Below, piece by piece: positions 39,511 to 53,459 of a DNA stretch of 64,000 nt (its first letter is position 1; each line of letters opens with the position of its first letter). The notes below the pieces were generated by a model. That model ran no database searches and had not been told where the DNA came from. It was given only the letters and a program-made list of their open reading frames with translations. Position numbers and translations under genes: made by a program. Origin of the DNA: Flaccisagitta enflata (Eukaryota); assembly GCA_965153355.1 (NCBI GenBank), contig OZ231126.1, positions 10,540,001 to 10,604,000 of the forward strand. Reading direction: 5' to 3'.

Positions 39511-42285
39511 CGTTATCATAATCTCCATGGGTTCAAGACATCTTCTGCATATCACAAGTCATGCATTGAAAAGCATGGCGGTATATGGATGGCCCAAGAG
39601 ACATGGCTTTCAAACAAACAATTATCACAGCTTCAACAACTTAACACCCAACTTATTGCGGCGTCGGGAATGGAAGAAGCGATATCATCTGGTGTCATGC
39701 GTGGTCGTCCTTTTGGCGGTGTCTGTTTGTCATGGTCAAAAGATCTTAATCAAGTTATGAAACCATTGACAGACTATAAACACAAGCGTGTGGTAGCGGC
39801 TGAATTATCATCTCAACCAAAAAATGTCATTTTCATCTCCATCTATATGCCTTTCCTCGACTCTCGCAAACGCGAATTATGCAGGACTGAAGCCATTGAG
39901 ACAATCTCCATGATTCAAAAAATTGTTGATGATCATCCATACCATCTCTTTGTTCTGGGTGGTGACTTGAATTGCGAGCTCAATGGCAAGTCTCCCTTCG
40001 ATGAGCTCTGGTACAATTTCATGTCCAAAAATCAATTTGAATATTGCAGTAATCAATTCTCGTCACCTGGATTCACTTACCATCACGAATCACTTGATCA
40101 AAAGAAATTTAATGACCACTTTATAGTGAGCAAAGATCTTCTCAGCGACTCAATCTGTTCTAATTTTCAAATCTTGGAAGATGGTGAAAATCCCTCAGAT
40201 CACCTACCTATCTCTATGAGGATGAATCTTCAAGTTCAGAAATTTCAGTCGGGTGAAAACACATCCTTTCGCGCTCCATCGCTTAAATGGTCAAAAGTGA
40301 CTAAGCATGACTTAGCTGGTTATGCCAAAGTAATTGACTCAAGTATGCTTTCCTGCCATCTGCCTCCCCTCCAATGCAAGGTGACTCATTGCACCAATGA
40401 ATCGTGTCGCGCTTCCATGCAGAAAGAGTACGACTATCTGATCAACTCAGTCAAAGAAGCAGATGCAACTTTACCACGTCAGGCTAGCTCAGGCCACGAA
40501 AAGGACTGGTGGTCTGAGCATCTGTCAGATTTGAAAAAACAATCAATTGAAATTCAGAGAGTTTGGATTTCTCATGGTCGACCCAACAATGGGCCAATAC
40601 ACCATGAAAGGCTTCGTGTGCGCGCAATGTACAGAAAAGCCATGAAAAAGGCACAAAAAGAGCCCATTCAACGCTCATGGAATCAAATTTACAGCGCCAT
40701 GGAAGTTTGCGACTCAAACAAGTTTTGGCGGTCTTGGAAAATATTGAACAACAAAAACGGCAACAGTCAATCTCCAATTGTAGAGGGCTGCACTTAAAAA
40801 TCGGCCATAGCAGACCTGTTTAGCAAAGCTTTTGAACGAAACTGCAAGCCAAACAATGAAACAAAAGTGAAAGAACTTGATTCTAAATTCACGGCTACTT
40901 ATCGCGATTTCTGCACTGAACACAATAGTTCCTGTAACTGTCACGAATTCAATATTTCTATAGAAAATGTGATTGATGCAATTTCGGGCATGAAGCTGGG
41001 AAAATGCGCGGATGAGGATGGTCTGACTGCGGAGCATTTTCAAAATGCACCTCTCTCTCTTCTTCATCGTCTCACCACATTGCTTAACACAATGTTAAAA
41101 CATTCTTTCGTCCCATCCCAATATCGTTTTGGTATCATGATTCCAATTGTCAAAGACTCAAATGGAAGCCATAGTGATATCAGCAATTACAGAGGCATCA
41201 CCATTTCTCCCGTCACTTCTAAAATCTTTGAACACATTTTGAAGTCTGTGTTTTCAGAACATCTCTCCACTTCGTCTTACCAATTCGGTTTCAAGCGGAA
41301 GAAATCTACAACACATGCGCTTCACTGCCTAAGAGGCACAATTGATTATTTTACCAACAACGGAAGCCGAGTCTTTTGCTCATTTTTGGACGCCAGTAAG
41401 GCGTTTGATCGCCTGATTCATTCAGGACTTTTTCTCAAACTTATGGAGCGAAATGTTCCCAAAATCTTTCTGGACATCATCATCACCTGGCATGATGGGT
41501 TATTCTGCAGAGTTCGATGGGATGATGTCTGCAGCGAATGGTTTCCCATAACAGCTGGTGTGCGACAGGGAGGTGTCATGTCGCCAGATTTCTACGGCAT
41601 TTACATCGACGAACTCGTCTCCATTTTAAAGAAAGCCGGCATTGGGTGCTATGTGAGCGGTATCTTTGCAGCTGCTCTCTTTTACGCCGACAACATCGTT
41701 GTCATGGCTCCATCCATCAAGGGTTTGCGGACGATTCTCGATCTTTGTGTCATTTACTGCCACGATTGGGACATACTTCTCAATCCAAAAAAGACAAAAA
41801 ATATGGCTTTTGGTAAAGGCAAGGCTCCATCTTTCTCTCTCACTATCAATGCGTTACAGATCCCCTGGGTAGATCAATGCACGTACCTCGGAGTAAATAT
41901 CAAAAGTGGTCCTCATTTCTCATGCTGCGTCAAGGAAAAACTCGCATCCTTCTATCGGGCCTTGAATGGCATCATTCGAATCGAAGGCAAGCCTGATGAG
42001 CTGGTGATGCTAAGGCTCCTTGAGTCTCACTGCCTTCCCATCCTCACTTACGGCATCGAGATCTTACATGTCGCAGATCGAGACGACCGTCGCCAACTTC
42101 GTGTTGCTTACAACAGCATCTTTTGGAACTTGTTTCGTTACGCTTACCATGAAAGTGTCACCAATCTCCAACATGCGTTGAGCAGACCCACGTGGGAAGA
42201 GCTCATCGAGAAGCGTGAGAAGAAGTTTGTTGACAAATGCAGATTGTGCCCTGACTCTAATCTGGTTCGCTACTTTTGTAACTAG
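39511..42285 (+). pseudogene. LINE ORF2: AP endonuclease and reverse transcriptase, disabled
   Basis: APE motifs AQETWL, GGDLN, FNDHF, SDHLPI. RT motifs NYRGIT, QFGF, FLDASKAFD, GVRQGG, YADN (expected YADD), YLG. In-frame TAA at 40795-40797 and a 14-bp duplication at 39495-39522. Confidence 0.92.
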
Positions 42286-42333
42286 TTGATCTTTTTTTTT
42301 TTTTTCTTTGTCTCTCTTTATTTCTCCTCATTA

Positions 42334-43742
42334 CTACCCGAATTGAAAAAAACGCAAGTTTCTCATTGAAGTGATTGAATAAGGCTACTTTTTCCGTCTG
42401 AGAAGCATTTTGCGAGCTGGTTTAGTTTATTTGAGCTTCCATGCATCATATCCAAGACTTTAAGCCTTCAGAATCGAGCTGATGCGGAGAAATCACCATG
42501 CAAAAGTGACATTTACTTTAAAAATTTTTTGCTTTTGATTTTCAGTTAGGGTTCAAGATGATTTTGAAGGTTTTATTGTAATCAATCACATTCGGTGTTT
42601 CATTTTTCATCACAGACATCGAGGAACCCAAATATAAGAACTATGAAAGCAGACAGCTTGGGTAAAACAATGCCTGATTCCTCCTAGCGATGCAATTACT
42701 CCATCACCTTCACCCCAAAATGATCTCTTTTTTTCTCAGACTACGTTTTCAATTTTGGACCCCTGCACCTTCTTTTGAGTATAACTTCTAAACAAATCAA
42801 GCCGGTCAGGGATCCGGTTAGAGAAAATCTCAATTCTAAGGGTTTTGAAAAAAAAAACATGGACACCTCCCAGATTTTTGCACAGGGGACCTAAAAAGGC
42901 TGTAGAACACGATTCTGATATTCATTTTGACCTAACTTGAGCCAAAAAAATTAGAAACAGTTTTTTGTGTTAAAAATTGTGTTTTTTGCTGTAAAAACGC
43001 TAATTTTTCAACATTTTTTGGTTAATATGGACTGAAATTGATGTATTTTGATTATTTGTACTGTGCTGATTCAATTTTTGGTGTGTTTCCACGATTTTTG
43101 CTAATTTTGAAAATTTGCACTTTGATCTCATTTGCATATTGCGGTTTCGCGTTTTTCGTTTATAACATGCATGTTTTTTTAAGTACGTCGATGAAATTCA
43201 TACTGACACTATATCTTACCCTAAGAAACTGTTCCAAAATATCAGTTTTTGAATTTTTTTATTTTTGGGTCATTTCTTCATTTTTAGGGATTTTAACGCT
43301 ATTTTTGAACCTCTTAGACCTATTCAAAATCGTTCTAGGTTCACTCAAATATCAATTGCTATTGGTACTTTATGTTTCTGTAAAAAAAAAGTCCAAAATG
43401 TTTCATTTTATACTATTTTTTTATGAAAAATAGCTGTTTTTGGCACAAAAAACCGTTTCTAATTTTTTTGGCTCAAGTTAGGACAAAATGAATATCAGAA
43501 TCATGTTCTACAGCCTTTTTAGGTCCCCTGTGCAAAAATCTGTGAGGTGTCCATTTTTTTTTTTTTTTTATTTAAGCTTTTTGCAACCGGGATCCCTGAC
43601 CGAAGCTACAGATGTGGAATTGCGCTCAAAAGAAAGCCCTCGAAAAAAACTTCAATTTGGTCACTGATAAATCATGTCACAAGTGAGCCAAAGGCCCAAA
43701 AATGAGCTTTAGAAAAACTTGCGTTTTTTTTAATTCGGGTAG
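42334..43742. mobile_element. Non-autonomous TIR element with TA TSD
   Basis: TA|CTACCCGAATTGAAAAAAACGCAAGTTT ... AAACTTGCGTTTTTTTTAATTCGGGTAG|TA. Confidence 0.85.
42803..43602. mobile_element. 800-bp MITE with long TIRs and 4-bp TSD AAGC, nested in the TA-flanked element
   Basis: AAGC|CGGTCAGGGATCCGGTT ... AACCGGGATCCCTGACCG|AAGC. Inverted arms continue at ~42859-42969 versus ~43444-43554. Confidence 0.87.
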
Positions 43743-44151
43743 TATCACCGCTGGTTGTTATCTTGATTCATTGATCACATAATCATCTTTTGTTCCGTGC
43801 TACACATATTCATGTGTGAATACATCACGTTCATCATCAAAGCCCTTGGTTTCTTCTTCCCTTCCCTCTTTCTCTAATGCTTCTTCTCCTTAGTCTTCTT
43901 CTCCCTCTTCTTCTTCTCCTTACACAAACACAAATACAAGAAGAAGAAGAAAAAGAAGAGGAAGAGGATGATTTGAAAAGGAAGATAATGGGGAAGAAGG
44001 AAGAGGTGGATATTTTGGACAGACGGACCAACTGACCGACAGACCGAATCGGCACGGTGTAGAGTTGCATGGCCCCAACTAAAAAGAACAAGACTATGTA
44101 TTTAATCAACGAGCCTATTTAAATATTGAAAGTTGTATTGTCAGTTACAAG

Positions 44152-44312
44152 TTTTAGTTGCGGACATGCAACTCTATAGGAGGCTTTGTCTGTACGTCTG
44201 TCCGTCCATCCGTAAATAGAGGTGGTTGTGTCGAAAGTGGAAAAATGAGTGGGTGTGGTTGAGGGTTGGATGCCCCAGCCCACCCATCCGCAACAATATT
44301 GTGACCCCGTTT
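44152..44312 (+). mobile_element. HINE-like family C copy
   Basis: Homologous to 7392-7602. Confidence 0.7.
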
Positions 44313-44744
44313 TTTGAAGCTATCAAATTGGACAGGTGCTGCGGCGAAAAAAATTGAGCAATTGACCCCTGATTGGTCTAATTTCAAAAATGACTGTTAA
44401 GTGGATCATCAAGTGGTCTGTCCACTCGTCCATTTCTCCGTCCATTGGCCCACCCGTTACATCTCTTCCAATGTGTAAGGTTGCCCAATATGGCTTTATT
44501 TTTCTTGAGGTCCATAAGTGAAGATTGAATTTCGATGGACACGGACAAACCAATGCAAAGATTGGGGCAGTGAGCGCAAAAAGAAAGATTTTGCTATGTA
44601 CTCGTTATTGGGCAAATGGATCTCTTTACTTTAAATTCGAAAAATCCAATCATAGTTTGCAATTTCCACACTTGTGCAATCTGAAAGAAATCTATTTTCT
44701 TTCTTTTTTTCATTCTTCCTTTCCTTTTATTTTGTTTATTTTTG

Positions 44745-44857
44745 GTTTCTTTGTTGCTTTGTTTCTTTGTTTCTCTGTTTCTTTGTTTCTTTGTTTCTTT
44801 GTTTCTTTGTTTCTTTGTTTCTTTGTTTCTTTGTTTCTTTGTTTCTTTGTTTCTTTG
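44745..44857. repeat. (TTTCTTTG)n octamer repeat
   Basis: Direct read. Confidence 0.9.
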
Positions 44858-45262
44858 ATTCTTTGGTTCTTATCATTTTTTCTTTCTTGCTTTCTTTTGG
44901 CCTGTTCAGATACTGTTTTAGCGATTTAGACATAAGTGTTTTAACGTTCACTCACAGTTTTCTTTGGTCTAGAACAAGTATTGACCGTACATTATGAGTC
45001 TGTTGTTACCATTGATCGGTATGTAACAGACACTATGAGAGAGGAAGAAAAAGAGAGAAAGAGAGGAAGAGAGAGGGAGAAGGAGAGGAGGTCAATGGCG
45101 AAGTCTCGGCCAGTTTGGTGAGAATGCCTCTCTTTTCTCACCTCTCTCTCTCCTTGACTCTCCCTTCTCGTCCGCTTTGAGGAATGGCAGCGAGATGGGT
45201 CTCATGGTGCGGCCCCCCATTTCGGAAAGGCGGGAGAGACTCTCGCTTAGAGGAAAAGACGT

Positions 45263-45432
<170 letters not shown>

Positions 45433-45562
45433 TGAAAAAATCGACCGACCAACTGATCTGCAAACATCCATGTGACACACGAGTAAAAATGCAAAGAGCT
45501 AGCTAACTGACGTGACTGTCCGCATTGACGAGCAGCTACACTTGATGAATAGTCTTTACCGA

Positions 45563-45665
<103 letters not shown>

Positions 45666-45677
45666 TGCATGCTTGAA

Positions 45678-45858
45678 AAAAGGCTGGATACGCGTGCGGG
45701 TGGGGCGATCATGGAGAAGGTCACTGGGGTATTTGGGCAGGAGCAGTGAGCTCAAAAACGCTGAAAAAGAAAAATGGGGACCGACCCAGGGACAGATAGA
45801 CAGACGGACGGATGGGCGGACAAAGCAGGGTATAGAGTCACGTAGCACGCGATTATAA
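45678..45858 (-). mobile_element. HINE-like family A degenerate copy
   Basis: TAGAGTCACGTAGCACGCGA end and (GACR)n tract. Confidence 0.6.
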
Positions 45859-46025
45859 ATGATGAGGCATTCACTTCAAACGCTTACCTTCTCATGGGGC
45901 ATCCACTAATCACGAAATGTGTGGTTAAGTTTAACTTGTTTTCACTGAAGCACGAAGTCGTGCTTCGGAGGAAAGAGAAAGAACTGGCTTTATTTCAATT
46001 CGTGCTTCAGTGAATTTGAAAAAGA

Positions 46026-46238
46026 AACAAGGCCGGACACACGGCTACCCCAGTCGCGTGCGGGTGCGCAGGAGCAGCGCTAGAGAAGGTTACTAGAGTA
46101 TATGGGCAGGAGCAGTAGGCTAAAAAAAAAAAAACACCAAAGAAGTATAAACGGGACCAACCGACCGACCAACCAACCAACCAACCGACCAACTGACTGA
46201 CGGACGGCGGGGTGTAGAGTCGCGTAGCACGCAACTAA
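46026..46238 (-). mobile_element. HINE-like family A short copy
   Basis: AACAAGGCCGGACACACGGCTACCCCAGTCGCGTG ... GTGTAGAGTCGCGTAGCACGCAACTAA. Confidence 0.75.
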
Positions 46239-46592
46239 TCATGATGTCGTGCTAAAATGGAAATGAAATGCACTCATTTTTGACCAAAAAATTCTCGATT
46301 TCACCTTCCACTGCACCATTGTTTCCCTCTCGATAAAACGAGAAAAAGAACTGGAATAAGAAAGGAAACCGTGGGAATTTTTTGAACAATCAGCAATGTC
46401 TGCTTGTACTACCTTCAAACCCCCTCCCCCATCCAACTACCTTCCAGGCTTCCCCCATCCACAACTGAAGCCCAATCGTTGTGGTTTTGCTTCCCATTAC
46501 TTACATTCAATAATTGTTTGTCTTCCAAATCCTTTTAGCATTGGTCTGCATGTCTGTCTGTCTTTGTCTGTATGTCAATGTACCTCTGTTTA

Positions 46593-46681
<89 letters not shown>

Positions 46682-46992
46682 CATTTTCTAGTTGAACTAC
46701 AAATGAATAACGTTTTTGCTTTCGAGGTTGATTGTCGCCAATGCCGTGGATTTTATGGCCCACTATGCGCCGAAATGACACAAAATGCTCTATTGGCTCA
46801 ATGGTACTAAAATTAAACAAAAGTAAAATGATAATTCTTAGGGAAAAATAATAAGGGATTAGCTTAAGAATTGTATGTTGAATGGTTGTTTGAGGTTTAA
46901 CTTAGTGCAGGCTTAGTACTGATCAGAATAGATATCATTTAAGTACATCAAATGTGTTGCTTTAAAGTCATTGCACATATGGTGAAATAGAT

Positions 46993-47184
46993 GAGAACAT
47001 AAATTCTTCATTTGGGTAGTACACATATGTATTTGCAGAATAAAAATCCACAGAATATTTCGATGAGCTTTGGCTTACCATCATTCAGCTGAACGATGGT
47101 AAGCCAAAGCTTATCGAAATATTCTGTGGATTTTTATTCTGCAAATACATATGTGTACTACCCAAATGAAGAATTTATGTTCTC
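46993..47184. repeat. 192-bp spacerless palindrome with 2 mismatched pairs
   Basis: Centre TTCAG|CTGAA at 47088/47089. Arms run GAGAACATAAATTCTTC... and ...GAAGAATTTATGTTCTC. Confidence 0.95.
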
Positions 47185-47394
47185 TACATCAAATGTGTTT
47201 ATTATAAATATCATAAAATTTCTTTATCATTCTGCAATAGATAATAAAAAGTTTAAATACAAAAAAAGTTTGAAAAATAAAATGTTTTGCAAATAGAAAT
47301 TCAATAAAAAAATTGATGCCAAAATTTTTTTCTAATGAAAAAAATCATTTTGATGCAATAAAAAAAATTCAATGCATGAAACAAATTTGATGAG

Positions 47395-47589
47395 AACAAG
47401 GCCAACGCGTTACAAGTCGCGTGCGGTCTTGAAGCCTAAAAGACTAATGAACTAAAATGACTTGAAATGACTTAAAATGACGTCAAACGGCGAAAAAAAA
47501 CCAAAGTGTTACCAACAGACAGACCAACGGACGGATGGACCAACAGACGGACAGAGTGGGTCATAGAGTTCAGTGCACGGGACTAAAAA
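47395..47589 (-). mobile_element. HINE-like family A short copy
   Basis: AACAAGGCCAAC..AAGTCGCGTGC end, (GACR)n tract, GACTAAAAA end. Confidence 0.7.
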
Positions 47590-47768
47590 TTATGATATAA
47601 AAATTTTTATGATGCAAAAAAAATTTTGATGTAGAAGAATTTTTGATCCAAAAAATAAGTATGAGAAAAAAATTTTGATTCAAAAACAATTTCTAATGCA
47701 AAATATTATTGATTTGAAAAAAAAATTGATGTAAACAAAATTTGAAGCAAAAAAGCTTTAATATGCAA

Positions 47769-47989
47769 AAACAAGGCCAACACCTATAAGTCGCGTGCGA
47801 GACTAACAGATTGACTTAGGATGACTTAGAACGACTCAGTATTCTCTTAAATGACTCTAAAAGATTCAAAGAAATAAAATCAATAAAAAAAGTAAAAGTG
47901 TGACGGACTGACAGACCGACCGACAGACGGACGGACAGACAGACAGACGGACAAAGCGGGGTGTAGAGTCGCGTGCACACGACTAAAAA
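47769..47989 (-). mobile_element. HINE-like family A short copy
   Basis: AACAAGGCCAACACCTATAAGTCGCGTGC ... GTGTAGAGTCGCGTGCACACGACTAAAAA. Confidence 0.8.
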
Positions 47990-48369
47990 TTGATGCAAAA
48001 AACATATTTAATACAAGAAATGATTTTTAGTTGAATTCTTTGTTTAAATTTCTGATGCAATAAAATTTTCATAAAAATGTTTTTCTATGATTTACAGATT
48101 GTTTTTATCTAAAAGAATGATAATGAACAAGTGCTGATGAATGACTGCAAAAATATAAAATTCTATTGACTTAGTAAAAACAGCAATGCGAAATATATGC
48201 TAAATTGACTTTGCAAAATCAACCCTTAATTTAATTTGATTTTGTATTAATTTATCTTAAATGATACAATATTTGACTATATATTGGTTTATTTTCGCTT
48301 TAATCAAATCCATATTGGATTTTGGTGTCGTTTTAGCGCATAGTGCGCCATCAATAATCATCAAAAGTG

Positions 48370-48620
48370 ACAAGGCCAGATACACGGCAATCCAGTCAGG
48401 AACGGTTGGGCAGGAGCAGTGATGCTAAAACCACTTGGAATTCAACAAGGCCAGATACACGGCTACCCCAGTCGACTGCGGGTGGGCAGGGGCCGTATTT
48501 GAGGTCTCCTGATCACTTGGGCAGGAGCAGTGAGGCCAAAGACCGCAAAAAAAGTCAAGTGTGATGGACAGACCGACAGACCAATAAAGTGGGTGTAGAG
48601 TCGCGTAGCTCACGACAAAA
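48370..48620 (-). mobile_element. HINE-like family A copy with partially duplicated 3' end
   Basis: ACAAGGCCAGATACACGGC occurs at ~48370 and ~48445. GTGTAGAGTCGCGTAGC at ~48593-48610. Confidence 0.65.
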
Positions 48621-51600
48621 TTGTGACGACGGATTGACCTAGCGACCGACAAACTAAAAATCGTTGTGAAATGAATGACCTTTTACTGGCTTAAACTAAT
48701 TCATTAAAGATGGTGGCGCAGATACTGGATACTGGATACTGGATACTGGATACTGGATACTGGATACTTGATTCTCTGTAAGCCTAGAAAATGTTGTCTT
48801 TTTGTTTTAAACATGCGACCCTTGACCCTTAATGCTAGTCTACAGTATCTAAGCTCAGACTAGAGTCCATTGTTTGAGTGTATGTGGTGATGCAGATACT
48901 GGATACTGGATACTGGATACTGGATACCTGATTCTCTCTTATTAGATAAGACTTTTTTTATTTCATATAATGGTGTGACAAAAGACTTTTAGGTGACACG
49001 GACATGTTAATTAGGCCTGTTTTATGCTTCAGTAAGATCATAGAGAATGAAATGAATGACCTTTTACTGGTTTAAACTAATTCATCAAAGATGGTGGCGC
49101 AGATACTGGATACTGGATACTGGATACTGGATACTGGATACTGGATACTTGATTCTCTGTAAGCCTAGAAAATGTTGTCTTTTTGTTTTAAACATGCGAC
49201 CCTTGACCCTTAATGCTAGTCTACAGTATCTAAGCTCAGACTAGAGTCCATTGTTTGAGTGTATGTGGTGATGCAGATACTGGATACTGGATACTGGATA
49301 CTGGATACCTGATTCTCTCTTATTAGATAAGACTTTTTTATTTCATATAATGGTGTGACAAAAAACTTTTAGGTGACACGGACATGTTAATTAGGCCTGT
49401 TTTATGCTTCAGTAAGATCAAAGAGAATGAAATGAATGACCTTTTACTGGCTTAAACTAATTCATTAAAGATGGTGGCGCAGATACTGGATACTGGATAC
49501 TGGATACTGGATACTGGATACTTGATTCTCTGTAAGCCTAGAAAATGTTGTCTTTTTGTTTTAAACATGCGACCCTTGACCCTTAATGCTAGTCTACAGT
49601 ATCTAAGCTCAGACTAGAGTCCATTGTTTGAGTGTATGTGGTGATGCAGATACTGGATACTGGATACTGGATACTGGATACCTGATTCTCTCTTATTAGA
49701 TAAGACTTTTTTTATTTCATATAATGGTGTGACAAAAGACTTTTAGGTGACACGGACATGTTAATTAGGCCTGTTTTATGCTTCAGTAAGATCATAGAGA
49801 ATGAAATGAATGACCTTTTACTGGTTTAAACTAATTCATCAAAGATGGTGGCGCAGATACTGGATACTGGATACTGGATACTGGATACTGGATACTGGAT
49901 ACTGGATACTGGATACTTGATACTCTGTAAGCCTAGAAAATGTTGTCTTTTTGTTTTAAACATGCAACCCTTGACCCTTAATGCTAGTCTACAGTATCTA
50001 AGCTCAGACTAGAGTCCATTGTTTGAGTGTATGTGGTGATGCAGATACTGGATACTGGATACTGGATACTGGATACCTGATTCTCTCTTATTAGATAAGA
50101 CTTTTTTTATTTCATATAATGGTGTGACAAAAAACTTTTAGGTGACACGGACATGTTAATTAGGCCTGTTTTATGCTTCAGTAAGATCATAGAGAATGAA
50201 ATGAATGACCTTTTACTGGTTTAAACTAATTCATCAAAGATGGTGGCGCAGATACTGGATACTGGATACTGGATACTGGATACTGGATACTGGATACTTG
50301 ATTCTCTGTAAGCCTAGAAAATGTTGTCTTTTTGTTTTAAACATGCGACCCTTGACCCTTAATGCTAGTCTACAGTATCTAAGCTCAGACTAGAGTCCAT
50401 TGTTTGAGTGTATGTGGTGATGCAGATACTGGATACTGGATACTGGATACTGGATACCTGATTCTCTCTTATTAGATAAGACTTTTTTTATTTCATATAA
50501 TGGTGTGACAAAAAACTTTTAGGTGACACGGACATGTTAATTAGGCCTGTTTTATGCTTCAGTAAGATCAAAGAGAATGAAATGAATGACCTTTTACTGG
50601 CTTAAACTAATTCATTAAAGATGGTGGCGCAGATACTGGATACTGGATACTGGATACTGGATACTGGATACTGGATACTTGATTCTCTGTAAGCCTAGAA
50701 AATGTTGTCTTTTTGTTTTAAACATGCGACCCTTGACCCTTAATGCTAGTCTACAGTATCTAAGCTCAGACTAGAGTCCATTGTTTGAGTGTATGTGGTG
50801 ATGCAGATACTGGATACTGGATACTGGATACCTGATTCTCTCTTATTAGATAAGACTTTTTTTATTTCATATAATGGTGTGACAAAAAACTTTTAGGTGA
50901 CACGGACATGTTAATTAGGCCTGTTTTATGCTTCAGTAAGATCAAAGAGAATGAAATGAATGACCTTTTACTGGCTTAAACTAATTCATTAAAGATGGTG
51001 GCGCAGATACTGGATACTGGATACTGGATACTGGATACTGGATACTGGATACTGGATACTTGATTCTCTGTAAGCCTAGAAAATGTTGTCTTTTTGTTTT
51101 AAACATGCGACCCTTGACCCTTAATGCTAGTCTACAGTATCTAAGCTCAGACTAGAGTCCATTGTTTGAGTGTATGTGGTGATGCAGATACTGGATACTG
51201 GATACTGGATACTGGATACCTGATTCTCTCTTATTAGATAAGACTTTTTTTATTTCATATAATGGTGTGACAAAAGACTTTTAGGTGACACGGACATGTT
51301 AATTAGGCCTGTTTTATGCTTCAGTAAGATCATAGAGAATGAAATGAATGACCTTTTACTGGTTTAAACTAATTCATCAAAGATGGTGGCGCAGATACTG
51401 GATACTGGATACTGGATACTGGATACTGGATACTGGATACTGGATACTTGATTCTCTGTAAGCCTAGAAAATGTTGTCTTTTTGTTTTAAACATGCGACC
51501 CTTGACCCTTAATGCTAGTCTACAGTATCTAAGCTCAGACTAGAGTCCATTGTTTGAGTGTATGTGGTGATGCAGATACTGGATACTGGATACTGGATAC

Positions 51601-53459
51601 TGGATACCTGATTCTCTCTTATTAGATAAGACTTTTTTTATTTCATATAATGGTGTGACAAAAGACTTTTAGGTGACACGGACATGTTAATTAGGCCTGT
51701 TTTATGCTTCAGTAAGATCATAGAGAATGAAATGAATGACCTTTTACTGGTTTAAACTAATTCATCAAAGATGGTGGCGCAGATACTGGATACTGGATAC
51801 TGGATACTGGATACTGGATACTGGATACTGGATACTGGATACTGGATACTTGATTCTCTGTAAGCCTAGAAAATGTTGTCTTTTTGTTTTAAACATGCGA
51901 CCCTTGACCCTTAATGCTAGTCTACAGTATCTAAGCTCAGACTAGAGTCCATTGTTTGAGTGTATGTGGTGATGCAGATACTGGATACTGGATACTGGAT
52001 ACTGGATACCTGATTCTCTCTTATTAGATAAGACTTTTTTTATTTCATATAATGGTGTGACAAAAGACTTTTAGGTGACACGGACATGTTAATTAGGCCT
52101 GTTTTATGCTTCAGTAAGATCATAGAGAATGAAATGAATGACCTTTTACTGGTTTAAACTAATTCATCAAAGATGGTGGCGCAGATACTGGATACTGGAT
52201 ACTGGATACTGGATACTGGATACTGGATACTTGATTCTCTGTAAGCCTAGAAAATGTTGTCTTTTTGTTTTAAACATGCAACCCTTGACCCTTAATGCTA
52301 GTCTACAGTATCTAAGCTCAGACTAGAGTCCATTGTTTGAGTGTATGTGGTGATGCAGATACTGGATACTGGATACTGGATACTGGATACCTGATTCTCT
52401 CTTATTAGATAAGACTTTTTTTATTTCATATAATGGTGTGACAAAAGACTTTTAGGTGACACGGACATGTTAATTAGGCCTGTTTTATGCTTCAGTAAGA
52501 TCATAGAGAATGAAATGAATGACCTTTTACTGGTTTAAACTAATTCATCAAAGATGGTGGCGCAGATACTGGATACTGGATACTGGATACTGGATACTGG
52601 ATACTGGATACTTGATTCTCTGTAAGCCTAGAAAATGTTGTCTTTTTGTTTTAAACATGCGACCCTTGACCCTTAATGCTAGTCTACAGTATCTAAGCTC
52701 AGACTAGAGTCCATTGTTTGAGTGTATGTGGTGATGCAGATACTGGATACTGGATACTGGATACTGGATACCTGATTCTCTCTTATTAGATAGGACTTTT
52801 TTTTATTTCATATAATGGTGTGACAATAACTTTTAGGTGACACGGACATGTTAATTAGGCCTGTTTTATGCTTCAGTAAGATCAAAGAGAATGAAATGAA
52901 TGACCTTTTACTGGCTTAAACTAATTCATTAAAGATGGTGGCGCAGATACAGATACTGGATACTGGATACTGGATACTGGATACTGGATACTGGATACTT
53001 GATTCTCTGTAAGCCTAGAAAATGTTGTCTTTTTGTTTTAAACATGCGACCCTTGACCCTTAATGCTAGTCTACAGTATCTAAGCTCAGACTAGAGTCCA
53101 TTGTTTGAGTGTATGTGGTGATGCAGATACTGGATACTGGATACTGGATACTGGATACCTGATTCTCTCTTATTAGATAAGACTTTTTTTATTTCATATA
53201 ATGGTGTGACAAAAGACTTTTAGGTGACACGGACATGTTAATTAGGCCTGTTTTATGCTTCAGTAAGATCATAGAGAATGAAATGAATGACCTTTTACTG
53301 GTTTAAACTAATTCATCAAAGATGGTGGCGCAGATACTGGATACTGGATACTGGATACTGGATACTGGATACTGGATACTTGATTCTCTGTAAGCCTAGA
53401 AAATGTTGTCTTTTTGTTTTAAACATGCGACCCTTGACCCTTAATGCTAGTCTACAGTA

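Larger units (their letters stand above)
39401..43839 (+). mobile_element. Non-LTR retrotransposon (LINE, RTE-X-like), 3' UTR interrupted by nested MITEs
   Basis: APE + RT ORF. The putative 3' UTR resumes after 43744, with a CACATATTCATGTG hairpin and a short (CAT)n tail. Boundaries are approximate and the clade call is from recalled motifs. Confidence 0.8.

Noticed and set aside
41681-41700. YADN motif as a novel RT active site in the LINE
   Set aside because: A single G-to-A change from YADD in a copy that also has a stop and a frameshifting duplication; consistent with decay.
43038-43433. 131-aa hydrophobic ORF
   Set aside because: T-rich interior of a MITE with no recognisable domain.
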